A stretch of DNA of 64,000 bases from Mycoplasmatota bacterium (GTDB lineage Bacteria; Bacillota_I; Bacilli_A; MAG-NZ). The notes under the pieces were generated by a model. It searched no databases. It worked only from the letters and a program-made list of their open reading frames with translations, and was not told the DNA's origin. Position numbers and translations under genes: made by a program. Location: positions 620,001 through 684,000 of the forward strand of contig CP074575.1 in NCBI GenBank assembly GCA_018394315.1, read 5' to 3'. Below are positions 37,643-47,465 of this stretch, piece after piece. How positions within the stretch are numbered: the stretch's first letter is position 1; each line of letters opens with the position of its first letter.

Positions 37643-37719
37643 GGACCTATAGCTCAGTTGGTCAGAGCAACCGGCTCATAACCGGTTGGTCGCAGGTTCG
37701 AGTCCTGCTAGGTCCACCA
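37643..37719 (+). tRNA. tRNA with CAT anticodon, most likely tRNA-Ile2 (lysidine)
   Basis: GGACCTA acceptor, loop ctcataa; resembles Bacillota Ile2 rather than Met. Confidence 0.85.
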
Positions 37720-37727
37720 TAAAACAT

Positions 37728-37820
37728 GGAGAAATACCCAAGTCCGGCTGAAGGGACTGGTCTTGAAAACCAGCAGGGCGTTTGCGCGCCGCGGGGGTTC
37801 GAATCCCTCTTTCTCCGCCA
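37728..37820 (+). tRNA. tRNA-Ser(TGA); integration site of the downstream elements
   Basis: Loop cttgaaa, long variable arm, GCCA end; last 27 nt repeated downstream. Confidence 0.95.
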
Positions 37821-37907
37821 TAAAAAAAGCATAGGTAAGCGAAAAAACTTTAATTTAACCCAAGGGAGTGTCATGAAAACATGCCGAGGGACTTTAGAGT
37901 AAAATGC

Positions 37908-38855
37908 TTACCTTATTTTATTTAATGGAGAATATTTATTGTGTTGCTCTTTTAGATGATTGTTTGATAAATGTAGATACTCTTGTGTAGTTGTAATCTT
38001 AGCGTGTCCTAAGGTCTCTCTTACGAATTCTATGTTTGCACCATTCTCTAAATAGTTAGTTGCATATGTATGACGGAATTTATGAAAGCTTATACTTACA
38101 TCATTGGGTAAGTTGAGCTTTCTTTTTATTTTCCTAATAACCTTGTCTAGACTATCTGATGCCATTTGTTTCTTTTCGGTAACACATTCGATTAGATACT
38201 CTTTAGGTACTATTTCAGTTAGGTAATTAATAATAGCTGCTTTAGTTTCATCTCCAAAATAAACTGTTCTATGTTTGTTTGTCTTAGTGTATTTTAAATT
38301 GATTTGGTTATTCTCAATGTCTAATTCATTAAGTTTTATATTTCTTAGTTCGTTCTTTCTGATTCCTGTATCATACAAAATGTATATTATTGCTTTGGTT
38401 CTTATTACTTCTTTAGTTTGTTCAGTTATATGGAGATATTGAAAAATTGTCTTAAGAGTTTTTTCATCGATTATTTTTATCTCTGAGTCTTCATTTCTTA
38501 ATTTTTTGAATTTACGCATTGGATTCTCTTTGATTAGGTTTTGGTCTTCGCAATACTGGAGAGCTTGCTTAAGTGTTCCTATACGTTTATTAATAGTTTT
38601 GTTTTTATTGCCTTTGGCTCTTTCATAGTCAATAAAATCATATAATGCATCATTTGTTATTTGAGAAGTAGAAGTAACTAACTTTCTATGAAAGTAATCT
38701 AAAATTGTTTCCAAGTGTTTTTTGTAGTATTGAAATGTATCAATTCTAGTTTCATGCCTACATCGTTTTAGATATATCTCCTGGACTTCTTTCAGTGGAA
38801 TGTTATTATCGTTAGCTTTCACTAACTCAGATATTATTTGTTCTATTTGATTCAT
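37908..38855 (-). CDS. Tyrosine recombinase/integrase
   Basis: DTGIRKNEL (R), TKT (K), HKFRHTYAT (HxxR), LGH...TTQEY (H, Y); next to tRNA 3' end. Confidence 0.95.
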   Translation of the reverse strand: MNQIEQIISELVKANDNNIPLKEVQEIYLKRCRHETRIDTFQYYKKHLETILDYFHRKLVTSTSQITNDALYDFIDYERAKGNKNKTINKRIGTLKQALQYCEDQNLIKENPMRKFKKLRNEDSEIKIIDEKTLKTIFQYLHITEQTKEVIRTKAIIYILYDTGIRKNELRNIKLNELDIENNQINLKYTKTNKHRTVYFGDETKAAIINYLTEIVPKEYLIECVTEKKQMASDSLDKVIRKIKRKLNLPNDVSISFHKFRHTYATNYLENGANIEFVRETLGHAKITTTQEYLHLSNNHLKEQHNKYSPLNKIR

Positions 38856-38948
38856 TTGGGTCCCTTCCTTTCAATTATTGTAATACTGAATTATACAAAA
38901 TTGGGTGGAAGCCTATCTTCTCGGTTATGTCGGAATTGAGTATTTATA

Positions 38949-39158
38949 TTATTTGGTTAGATCTTTGAAAACTAGATCATCAAGAGAAACATTAAACAAC
39001 TCTTTAAAGATTATGAGAGTTGTTAACTTGTAATCAAGAATTTTAGAAGATTCGTACTTTTGGATGGTTCTATCGGATACACCAATTCTCTTTGCTAATT
39101 CCACTTGAGTTAATCCCTCTCTTTCTCTTAGAGTTTTAATGTTCTTATTAACAAACAT
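38949..39158 (-). CDS. XRE/Cro-CI family HTH repressor
   Basis: LREREGLTQVELAKRIGVSDRTIQKYE; divergent from the element's rightward operon. Confidence 0.9.
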   Translation of the reverse strand: MFVNKNIKTLREREGLTQVELAKRIGVSDRTIQKYESSKILDYKLTTLIIFKELFNVSLDDLVFKDLTK

Positions 39159-39167
39159 AACTTCCAT

Positions 39168-39224
39168 TTGACACGAACAAAACAATCGTGTAAAATATAG
39201 TCAACCCGAACAAAATGTTCGTGT
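39168..39224 (+). promoter_or_regulatory. Rightward sigma-A promoter overlapped by two 21-bp palindromic operators
   Basis: ttgaca(39168)-17-taaaat(39191); acacgaacaaaacaatcgtgt (39171-39191) and acccgaacaaaatgttcgtgt (39204-39224). Confidence 0.7.
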
Positions 39225-39325
39225 GATAAAGTACAAAAACTAGAAGTCAAAAGGACTCCTTGTTTATGCATCGCTATAATCAACTCCAACAACTTTGATT
39301 ATAGCATACTTACACATTAATTTAA

Positions 39326-39700
39326 ACCTAGTAGCGTGCGACATAATTTGCTACTAGGTGAAAGTTATTAAACTAAACCAGAGAATTTTTTCATATTTCT
39401 CCTTTAAAATAGACCGCCATTATTATGTTGGCTTTGATGAACCTGACTCTAGCGTGGCGGTCATGGAGTGGGTTCTTCAAAGCCAACATTCTATTTCTCG
39501 CCATATGTGGCGCGTGGCGACTACGTCGCCTATCTGCTTCTTTTTGCTACCTACAGTAAAAACAAATAAATGAACAGCAAGCTGTCATTTTATTTATTTT
39601 ATTATTGTTTAGGTTTTTTGGTTTATACGTTTTCGTATAGGTTCGCGCCACTCGACTTGTGTGAGTATTAGACAAGTTTATCCGCTCTAGAGTGGTGATG
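39326..39700. ncRNA. Candidate structured RNA / leader (or ssDNA origin) of unknown family
   Basis: Several perfect stems of 8-13 bp and a pseudoknot in a GC-enriched noncoding stretch. Confidence 0.5.
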
Positions 39701-39796
39701 GTTAGATTCAACTTTACCAAGATGTTTTCACTCATTGATGCTTTATCTGATGATCTAGTTTTTAAATATCTACATATGAAAGTAGAGGATGTTTAA

Positions 39797-40567
39797 ATGC
39801 TAGGAAAATATACAAAGAATAATATTTATAATGAGGATAGTTATGAAGCTATTAAAGAGATACCTAATAAGAGTATTGATTTGATAGTCATTGATCCCCC
39901 TTATAAATTACATATGAGTACTTGTGAGAATGGATTAAATAGTTCTTGTGCAGTAACAAGAGGTATGAGTAAAGTACAACATGAACTGAAGAATAAAAAC
40001 TTACACGTTGGAATAGATAACGAACTCTTACTAGAAATGGTAAGAGTCATGAAAAAGATAAACATATACATCTGGTGTAATAAAAGACAGCTAAAACAGT
40101 ACTTTGATTTCTTTGATAAGTATGAGTGTAACTTCGAACTCCTGGTGTGGTGTAAGACTAATCCAACACCTGCGGTTAACAATACGTTCTTACCTGATAT
40201 AGAGTATTGCTTCTATTTTAGAGAGAAAGGCGTTAGACTCAAAGGAAACTATCACAGCAAGCATAAGTTCTATATTCGTAAAACTAACCAGGAAGAAAAG
40301 GATTTATTCTTACATCCAACTATAAAACCACTTAAGTTTATAAAGAACTTCATCATAAATTCTAGTGATGAAGGAGATATAGTAGCGGACTTCTTTATAG
40401 GTTCGGGTACAACTGCAGTAGCAGCTAAAGAGTTAAACCGTAATTATATAGGTTTTGAAATTGATCCACAATATTACAAGATTGCATTAGATAGAATTAA
40501 TGGAATTACTGCGAGTGGACAAACAAGTATATTTACAGATTTTAAAAGTATGGAGGAAGTAAAATGA
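39797..40567 (+). CDS. Orphan N6-adenine/N4-cytosine DNA methyltransferase (beta class)
   Basis: DPPY precedes HPTIKP and DFFIGSGTT. Confidence 0.92.
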   Translation: MLGKYTKNNIYNEDSYEAIKEIPNKSIDLIVIDPPYKLHMSTCENGLNSSCAVTRGMSKVQHELKNKNLHVGIDNELLLEMVRVMKKINIYIWCNKRQLKQYFDFFDKYECNFELLVWCKTNPTPAVNNTFLPDIEYCFYFREKGVRLKGNYHSKHKFYIRKTNQEEKDLFLHPTIKPLKFIKNFIINSSDEGDIVADFFIGSGTTAVAAKELNRNYIGFEIDPQYYKIALDRINGITASGQTSIFTDFKSMEEVK

Positions 40568-40860
40568 GAGTAATTAGTAAGGAATTGGAGGTTGATGTTA
40601 ATTACGAAGAAGTAAGTATCGTTGTTGATAAAGGTTTGATTAAAGATGAGTTAAGAGATGATTTTGGTTATGTGAAGATATTTAAACAACTTCTTTATAA
40701 GATTCGTGGCCATAACACAAGAGATTATACCGTAGAGGCAGTTAGTGGCCATCATATCTTTCTATTAGGTGTGTATGATACACATGAACTAGCAGTTAAA
40801 GCTCGAAGTGAAATTACTGAAGCATTTATTGAAGATAAAGAAATATTTTATTTGAAGTAA
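40564..40860 (+). CDS. Hypothetical phage-like protein
   Basis: Overlaps MTase stop, ggagg RBS. Confidence 0.6.
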   Translation: MRVISKELEVDVNYEEVSIVVDKGLIKDELRDDFGYVKIFKQLLYKIRGHNTRDYTVEAVSGHHIFLLGVYDTHELAVKARSEITEAFIEDKEIFYLK

Positions 40861-40872
40861 AGAGGTGATTTT

Positions 40873-41160
40873 ATGGTACTTAGTACTAGTGATAACGGAA
40901 AGTATTTTAAAGGTGTTTATAGTGGTTTCTTCTCTAAAACAAAACTTAGTGGAATCATTAAGAAAGTTAATTTAAATAAAGTAAGTGTCCAGGTACTAAC
41001 TACACTTGATGGATGGACTTATGTGGCTACCTTAATGTGTAGTGCTATACATGAAGTATCTGATAAACCACTAGTATGTATTAATGTTGAAGAGATAAGG
41101 AAATCAATTGAATATCATAGAAGTATTGAAAGACAAAAACGAGATATAACTCGATTATAA
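40873..41160 (+). CDS. Hypothetical protein
   Basis: gaggtg RBS, operonic spacing. Confidence 0.6.
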   Translation: MVLSTSDNGKYFKGVYSGFFSKTKLSGIIKKVNLNKVSVQVLTTLDGWTYVATLMCSAIHEVSDKPLVCINVEEIRKSIEYHRSIERQKRDITRL

Positions 41161-41173
41161 ATGAGGTGAGTAA

Positions 41174-41530
41174 ATGTCAGTTTCAAAGTTTACATATAAG
41201 ACATTTCAATCTTATAACGAGATAAAGGATGAGATTGGTTACTTAGAGTTAAGAGAGTATGTACTGAAAAATCTAAATACAAGAGGTAATACTTTAAAAG
41301 AGTTAAAGTCTATACATGAAAGACTTCCAGAACTAAGAAAAGTACTATCGACTATTGAAAGTAAGATTGAAGAGTTTAGTAAAGAAAACGATAAGCAATA
41401 CCAGGTATTATTTTTAAAGATTATCAAGAGAAAAAGTTACTATCAAATAGCAAGTGAAGTTGATTATAGTGTAAGACATATACAAAGAATCTGTACTGAG
41501 TTTAAAAGAGCTACTAAAGCAGTAGCTTAG
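41174..41530 (+). CDS. Sigma-region-4-like / ArpU-like HTH transcriptional regulator
   Basis: C-terminal KSYYQIASEVDYSVRHIQRI HTH. Confidence 0.7.
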   Translation: MSVSKFTYKTFQSYNEIKDEIGYLELREYVLKNLNTRGNTLKELKSIHERLPELRKVLSTIESKIEEFSKENDKQYQVLFLKIIKRKSYYQIASEVDYSVRHIQRICTEFKRATKAVA

Positions 41531-41548
41531 AAGAAAGGGGGTACTATA

Positions 41549-42397
41549 ATGAAGAAAACTAGATATCATTTCTTTGGAACAGATCCAAACGGACAGTACA
41601 TGGAACATGCATTCACTGATTCATTAAAATTGTTTCAGACTATAGTACCCTGGATGTTGGATAAAGACTTAGAAGAGATTCAAATAACATCACTTAGTTT
41701 AGCAGTAAGATGTCATTTCACTACTAAAGAGTTCCAGGATGAATTTAACCAGGCTAGAAGATTAGGAACTCTAACTGAAGAAATGAAGTTAAAGAAACAT
41801 AGACTAGATTCACGAGTAAATAAGGCATTGGGAATTCTTAAAAACAAGTTAAGACTAATTAATACTAGACAAGTTCATATGAAAGACTTTAATGGGTCCA
41901 AACGTTTTATATCACTTAACAATCCTGAGGTTAATAGATTAGTTTCCACAATGAATCGTGATATAAGAGAATATGAAATTGAAGGTAAGTTATATAACAT
42001 TAAAAAGCATAAAGGACTCTTAATTGTGATTCGAAAGTTTATAAGATACAGAATAGTAACGTTAGAATCAGCAATTAAGAAGTATAAAGATAAGTGGAAT
42101 AAGTATATTAACGCTCAACGTAGAGCGAAGAAAACTAGAGATTTAGTATCGGTCATAGAAAACAACCAGGATGTAATTAAGCTTGTAGAGATTGAATATA
42201 AGCGTAAATTATCATCTAAGGAACGATTTATCATATCGAGGTGGAGATATGATTATGAAGATATTAAGAGTGCTCTACTGAAGACTCTGCAGCTTAAGAA
42301 GTGTAGCGTAGAGTACATGAATAAAATCTTAGAAAGTAGACATCAAGTAATAACTAAAAATTCAGAGCAATTTGACCGATTTGCCGAACAATTTTAA
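41549..42397 (+). CDS. Protein with C-terminal DnaD-like domain (putative replication protein)
   Basis: YKRKLSSKE...W...IKSAL...SVEYMNKILES resembles the DnaD YxxxIL motif. Confidence 0.55.
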   Translation: MKKTRYHFFGTDPNGQYMEHAFTDSLKLFQTIVPWMLDKDLEEIQITSLSLAVRCHFTTKEFQDEFNQARRLGTLTEEMKLKKHRLDSRVNKALGILKNKLRLINTRQVHMKDFNGSKRFISLNNPEVNRLVSTMNRDIREYEIEGKLYNIKKHKGLLIVIRKFIRYRIVTLESAIKKYKDKWNKYINAQRRAKKTRDLVSVIENNQDVIKLVEIEYKRKLSSKERFIISRWRYDYEDIKSALLKTLQLKKCSVEYMNKILESRHQVITKNSEQFDRFAEQF

Positions 42398-42973
42398 AGA
42401 AAGGATTCTTAGGAATCTAACTTTAAACTGTAATATAAACAATCAAGATTTTCTTGGTTATTTTTTTTATGAAGATTCTATAAGGTGGGTAAATGGTTTT
42501 ATAAGATGGGATTATGGAACTTACCAAACGGCAATATGGTACCAGGTATATGTGTATAATGTGGGTATGTCAGTATAAGTATTAATAAGAGATATTAGAA
42601 GAATTTTATATTGTATCAATTGATTCACATTGTTTTTACAAACAAATCTTTCTTTAAAGAGTAGTAAACATTACTAGGATATAACTCAACTGATGTCATT
42701 CTATGAGAATAGTCTCAAATCTAACAATCTTTATAGTATTTTGTAGATATCAGTTTCAGAAGTTTGTTCCTTTTAATTGGATAGAACACTTTGTTTAGAA
42801 TACGTAAAAAAAGAGGACTTGCATAAAACTCTACTGTTTGTCGAAACTTGTCGATTGGTACAAATAGTATGCGCAAGTGATTTGTGATATAATTTATTTG
42901 TATAAATTTGTAGAATATATAATATAATTAAGAACCTATATCTTTATATTAAGATTAGAAAAGAGGTGAAAAA

Positions 42974-44002
42974 ATGGTTTTTATTAATGGCACTATATCT
43001 AAGCGAATAATTGAAAGAAAATGTCTTGACGAATCAGGTATAAATGCTCTTAATGGTTTTTCATTTCAGTTTTCAAACGCTATCTATGAAATTGTTGAAA
43101 GATATAAAGGATGCAAGAATTTTTCTATAGTATTTGAGTCTCATGACGACTTTTTGATAATTGACACAAAAGCATTATTCCTCTTTCAGGCAAAAAACTT
43201 TAAAGATAAGACTTTTACTGCACAAAACATTACTAGTGCTAAGGAAAAGTCAATTCTAGCTAAGATGAATCAGGCAAGAGATAATATCAAAGATATCATA
43301 GAAGAAAATGTGATTAGTTATCTCATTATAAACAATGAGAATTCAAAAATCGGATTCAGAGTGAAGCCTAAGAAGAATGAGAAAGCGTACAACACGGAAG
43401 AATATATTGATAAAGTGTGCCTCAGCGTGATATCTGATGACTGTAAGGAAAAGGTACTAGATATACTAAACAACGAAAAGGAATTAGAGACCTTTTTCAT
43501 TAAGAGACAGCTTAGATATTCAAAACATTCAGACGATGTAAGATTATTTATAGAAGACGTACTAAACGATAAGTTTACTGAACCGAAAGTAAATCTTTCA
43601 TCAATATATGATTTTTTAGAAAGACAGATAAAAAATTCAATGTTAGAAAAAAAATACTATAGTTTTACTGACATGGACTCAGATATGCGTAATATCGTGA
43701 GTTTCCAAGTTGATGAGTTTGATGCATTTAGTGAACTTATTTACTTACTAGTAGATTACGATACAGGTGAAAAAAATATCATTAGGAATAGATATAAGGA
43801 GTATGTTACAAAACTGGCAGGGAGTAGAATCAATGATGTATTTAATGACTTTCAATACGTTAAATCCGTTGTTAATAGAGATGACTTGCTAGAAGATAAT
43901 TTGAGACAAGTTCAGCGTGAGAAATTACTAAGTTTTTATGACGGTGAGGAAATTGTATCATTAATTTTGTTAGCTTATGGGGAGAAAAAAAATGATGAAT
44001 AA
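42974..44002 (+). CDS. DUF4297/Cap4-like dsDNA nuclease effector (Lamassu LmuA-like)
   Basis: ESGINALNGFSFQ...FESHDDF...LFQAK signature; overlaps SMC-like ATPase gene. Confidence 0.75.
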   Translation: MVFINGTISKRIIERKCLDESGINALNGFSFQFSNAIYEIVERYKGCKNFSIVFESHDDFLIIDTKALFLFQAKNFKDKTFTAQNITSAKEKSILAKMNQARDNIKDIIEENVISYLIINNENSKIGFRVKPKKNEKAYNTEEYIDKVCLSVISDDCKEKVLDILNNEKELETFFIKRQLRYSKHSDDVRLFIEDVLNDKFTEPKVNLSSIYDFLERQIKNSMLEKKYYSFTDMDSDMRNIVSFQVDEFDAFSELIYLLVDYDTGEKNIIRNRYKEYVTKLAGSRINDVFNDFQYVKSVVNRDDLLEDNLRQVQREKLLSFYDGEEIVSLILLAYGEKKNDE

Positions 44003-45689
44003 ACTGGTTTTGAATAAATTTATCATTCTTAGCGAGGAAGAAAAATCAGCTATAGAGATTGATTTTAGCAATAACTTAAACATCTTTGTAGGTAAGAATA
44101 AATCCGGAAAATCATCACTCGCAAAATCGATATTATACACCCTGGGGTGTGATGTGGTTTTTGAGAATTCATGGAAGAATTTAGGGAAAACATATTTGTT
44201 GTTTTTCTCGTATGGCAATCAAAGTTACTCTATCAAGAGAGTGAATTTAGTTGGTAAGTATAATAATCAAAAAGGGTCTAACGTCTTTGAAGTTATAGAC
44301 CTGGAAACCCAAAAAATATACAAGTTCAACAAAACTACAGAATTTGCTTTTTTCTTGAACGAGCTATTCGGACTAAAGATAAGATTGTTGACCAGAAAAA
44401 AGTTGGAAACTTCAATTATATATCCGAATCACATGTTTCTCTTGAACTATCTAGATCAAGATACCAGTTGGGGAAATTTACTCACTGACACTTTTAACAA
44501 CCAGTCTTTTTTACTAGATTACAAGAATAGTATTTTGGATTTTTTCACAGGATTAAGGACGAATAAGTACTATGAATTAAGTAACAAAATTAAAGAACTA
44601 CAGAATGAAAAACATACTCTTAAGTTGGAATACGATAGTCTAAAGAAATTATACGAAATTAATCTGAAGAAAATTAATAAAATTGAGAACATAGACGTAG
44701 ATGTGTTTAAGGAGAGTATTAAGCTAATAAATAATCATGTCGAAGCCATAATAGGTAAAGAAGCAAAATTGAAAAAGAAGCTTTCATCATTTCTCTACGA
44801 GAGGAGTAAATTATTAGTACTTAATGAAAACCATGATGCAACATTAGAAAAGTCAGATCTTGACGCAAGTGGAAATTGTCCAGTTTGTGGTCTTCATAGG
44901 AAAATGGAGACCAAAAATTTATTTAGGATTACAACTAATATGTACGAACTAAGAAAAGAAAGAGATATGAACCTAGTAAGATTGGCGGACTTGGAGTTGA
45001 AAATCGAAAAGACAAAGGCTGACATAAACCTACTATCAGAAGAACAAAAATCAATGAGCATGCAGTTGAGAGTCGGAAATGAAAAACTTGACTTAATAGA
45101 ATCTATGAAAAATTTTGGCATAATTGAACTGAGTCAGGAATTAGAGAAAGAGTTCATGGAGAAATTATCTAAGATTGAAAGTTTAAACTCTGATATAAAG
45201 ATGAAGCAAAAAATCCTTAAGAGTTTTGATGATAATGAGCAGTTGGTATCGGATTATTATAAAAACTTAAAGAGAATTTTCAATAAACTTAAGATTAATT
45301 TTAAATTCAAGAATGATGCAAATGATTTTATGAGATTCAGCACTTCCTACTCTGGAACGGATAGGGTTTTGTCAATAATTGGATTCTATTTAAATGTCAA
45401 TAGATTTACAACACAGAATTACGACATACCTACTTTTCCATTTATTTTAGATACGTTATATAAAGAAGATTTTGATGACAAAAACGAGTTGAATCTAATT
45501 GAAGTATACATTTTAGAAGTGAGCCAACTAAATCAGCAACAGCTTCTTTTTACATCTGATAAGGCCGAGCTCATATCGTATTTAACAGAAAGTAATATAA
45601 AATATAATGTGATTGAGGGATATAGAAAATTACTAGATGTCAAAAAATATGACGACATCAAGAAAAGATATGCCCAGTTTAATTTATAG
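43992..45689 (+). CDS. SMC/Rad50-like ABC ATPase (Lamassu LmuB-like)
   Basis: GKNKSGKS Walker A, YLDQD..W Q-loop, coiled coils with CPVC hook, YSG signature, PFILDT Walker B. Confidence 0.8.
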   Translation: MMNKLVLNKFIILSEEEKSAIEIDFSNNLNIFVGKNKSGKSSLAKSILYTLGCDVVFENSWKNLGKTYLLFFSYGNQSYSIKRVNLVGKYNNQKGSNVFEVIDLETQKIYKFNKTTEFAFFLNELFGLKIRLLTRKKLETSIIYPNHMFLLNYLDQDTSWGNLLTDTFNNQSFLLDYKNSILDFFTGLRTNKYYELSNKIKELQNEKHTLKLEYDSLKKLYEINLKKINKIENIDVDVFKESIKLINNHVEAIIGKEAKLKKKLSSFLYERSKLLVLNENHDATLEKSDLDASGNCPVCGLHRKMETKNLFRITTNMYELRKERDMNLVRLADLELKIEKTKADINLLSEEQKSMSMQLRVGNEKLDLIESMKNFGIIELSQELEKEFMEKLSKIESLNSDIKMKQKILKSFDDNEQLVSDYYKNLKRIFNKLKINFKFKNDANDFMRFSTSYSGTDRVLSIIGFYLNVNRFTTQNYDIPTFPFILDTLYKEDFDDKNELNLIEVYILEVSQLNQQQLLFTSDKAELISYLTESNIKYNVIEGYRKLLDVKKYDDIKKRYAQFNL

Positions 45690-46029
45690 AAAGCACTTAA
45701 AAAAACATCTTACACCTTTGCTAAAATCGACGATTGAATACATAGGGTCAATGGTCTTAAATTTGAAGACGAGAAAACTTCTCGTTTTTTTAGTTTATTG
45801 TAGGTTTAGTATAGCCAGTGAAAAGTAACTTGATGAATTATCTCTCTAATAAGATAGTAATGTTATTATTGTTATTCAACTCAATTAAATTATTTTTCGA
45901 TAATATCATTAATAGAGCTTGCAGGGATTGAAAACAAGCCAAAGGACATTGAGTCCTTTTAAATTTGTTATTACTTATCAATGTGATATTATTAGAGTAA
46001 AGAAGTCTAGAATGTAAAGGAGAGATATT

Positions 46030-46368
46030 ATGAATTATAGTGATAGTATTAAAAAAATATTTGAGAACATGAAAGATATCGAAAAGAAACTTGAAAGTAA
46101 ATTGAATCAATTATCTTTCGATCCTAATACCAGTCTTGAAGTTAGAATTACTTTAGAGACGGAAGGTGCATTTGTTAGAATTAATCAGTGGAATGCTCCA
46201 TTAGAAAATATAGATAATTTAGATAAGGAAGAATTTTTTAATGGTGTATATATTAATATAATCAAATCTTTAGACCTCTATGTAAACAAGATGACTTGGA
46301 GTACCCGAGATTTTGATAAGTCTTTAGTTGAGAAAATCCAAACCGCTTTTAATGAAGAAATTGAGTGA
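46030..46368 (+). CDS. Hypothetical protein
   Basis: aaggag RBS, 112 aa. Confidence 0.6.
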   Translation: MNYSDSIKKIFENMKDIEKKLESKLNQLSFDPNTSLEVRITLETEGAFVRINQWNAPLENIDNLDKEEFFNGVYINIIKSLDLYVNKMTWSTRDFDKSLVEKIQTAFNEEIE

Positions 46369-46435
46369 TAATTTTTTTTATAACTTTATGAAATAAGATG
46401 TAGTGGAGCAAGTTTATCATTTGAAGGAGAGTATC

Positions 46436-47170
46436 ATGAAAAATATAATTAAGATGTTGGGAGTAATAGTCATTATATTTTTGGTAACTATTATAGCTAT
46501 TGATAAATATATGGCCATAGTTCCGGATTTACATGTAAATAAAGGGGAAACCAATATTGAAGTTAAGAAAGTGTCTTATTGTTGGGAAGCATTGCTAAGC
46601 GGTATTTGCGTAGACACAATAAATCCAGAAGACATGCTGAAGGGGATTGAGCCAACAAAAGTTAAGCCCGGTGATACTTTAAGGTTGGATTTTTCAAAAA
46701 GCCCAGATACAGTTCGTGCATCAGTTTATGAAATTAATCAACCACTAGACTATGATATAGAATATGGACTATTAAAAGTTCCAGAAGAGAAAGGAGTTTA
46801 TATTATCAATGTGCTTGGAGGATGGGGAGGAGGAGCTGTTCCATATGTTCTTACGATAGAAGTTGAGGGTGAGAAGGTGCCAGAGCAAAACTGGATAAAT
46901 CGACCACAATTAGTTTATGAAGGCCTATGGTATTTGTTAAAATCTGATTCTCATATAGATATAGATATAGATTCACTTGAACTAAATTATATAGGAGTAC
47001 TGACTGGAGAAGATGACTTAGTATTTAAGCCAAGAGACAACCTTGAATCTAATACACATATAGGTTATTATCTTTTTGTAAATAAAAACGATACTTCAAA
47101 TTTATATGTCTATGTATCACCAGGTCTCACAATAGTTGAACCTGAAAGTTTAATTATTTTCAAAAGATAA
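46436..47170 (+). CDS. Hypothetical exported/membrane-anchored protein
   Basis: N-terminal TM, SYCW...CVD motif; aaggag RBS. Confidence 0.65.
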   Translation: MKNIIKMLGVIVIIFLVTIIAIDKYMAIVPDLHVNKGETNIEVKKVSYCWEALLSGICVDTINPEDMLKGIEPTKVKPGDTLRLDFSKSPDTVRASVYEINQPLDYDIEYGLLKVPEEKGVYIINVLGGWGGGAVPYVLTIEVEGEKVPEQNWINRPQLVYEGLWYLLKSDSHIDIDIDSLELNYIGVLTGEDDLVFKPRDNLESNTHIGYYLFVNKNDTSNLYVYVSPGLTIVEPESLIIFKR

Positions 47171-47302
47171 TAGTTAGGTCGATAAAAATAGTAGAATTTG
47201 AGAGCGGCGAAGAAGCTCGATTAGTTATAAGTACTAAAACATATCTTCTCTACCAATTAGTGATGAGTGCTGTAATGATTTATTTGTTGGAACTATTCAA
47301 GG

Positions 47303-47394
47303 TTAGGATTGAAAATCCATGTGTCGTCGGTTCGATGTTGACTGAAGTCCGATATATTAGTTCTGATAAACAAAGGGGATATGACATCCCTTTT
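47303..47394 (+). repeat. 92-bp direct repeat, copy 1 (tRNA-Phe-like fragment plus palindrome)
   Basis: Nearly identical to 48470-48560. Confidence 0.9.
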
Positions 47395-47465
47395 GTTGTT
47401 TTATATTAATAAATATATACGACTGTGTATTTATGGTATAATTAACTGCAAAACGGGGGGACATT

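Noticed and set aside
37908..38855. Integron integrase with attC cassettes
   Set aside because: No IntI-specific insertion evident before the HxxR motif and no RYYYAAC...GTTRRRY sites recognised; the tRNA-att context fits an ordinary island integrase
39207..39221. LexA/Cheo SOS box (cgaacaaaatgttcg)
   Set aside because: Spacer is 5 nt, not the GAAC-N4-GTTC consensus; better explained as the XRE operator
39358..39735. ORFs 39358-39573 and 39547-39735
   Set aside because: No RBS, no motifs; they coincide with the base-paired region
39326..39790. Retron msr-msd or group II intron
   Set aside because: No reverse transcriptase in the window and no recognisable intron domain V
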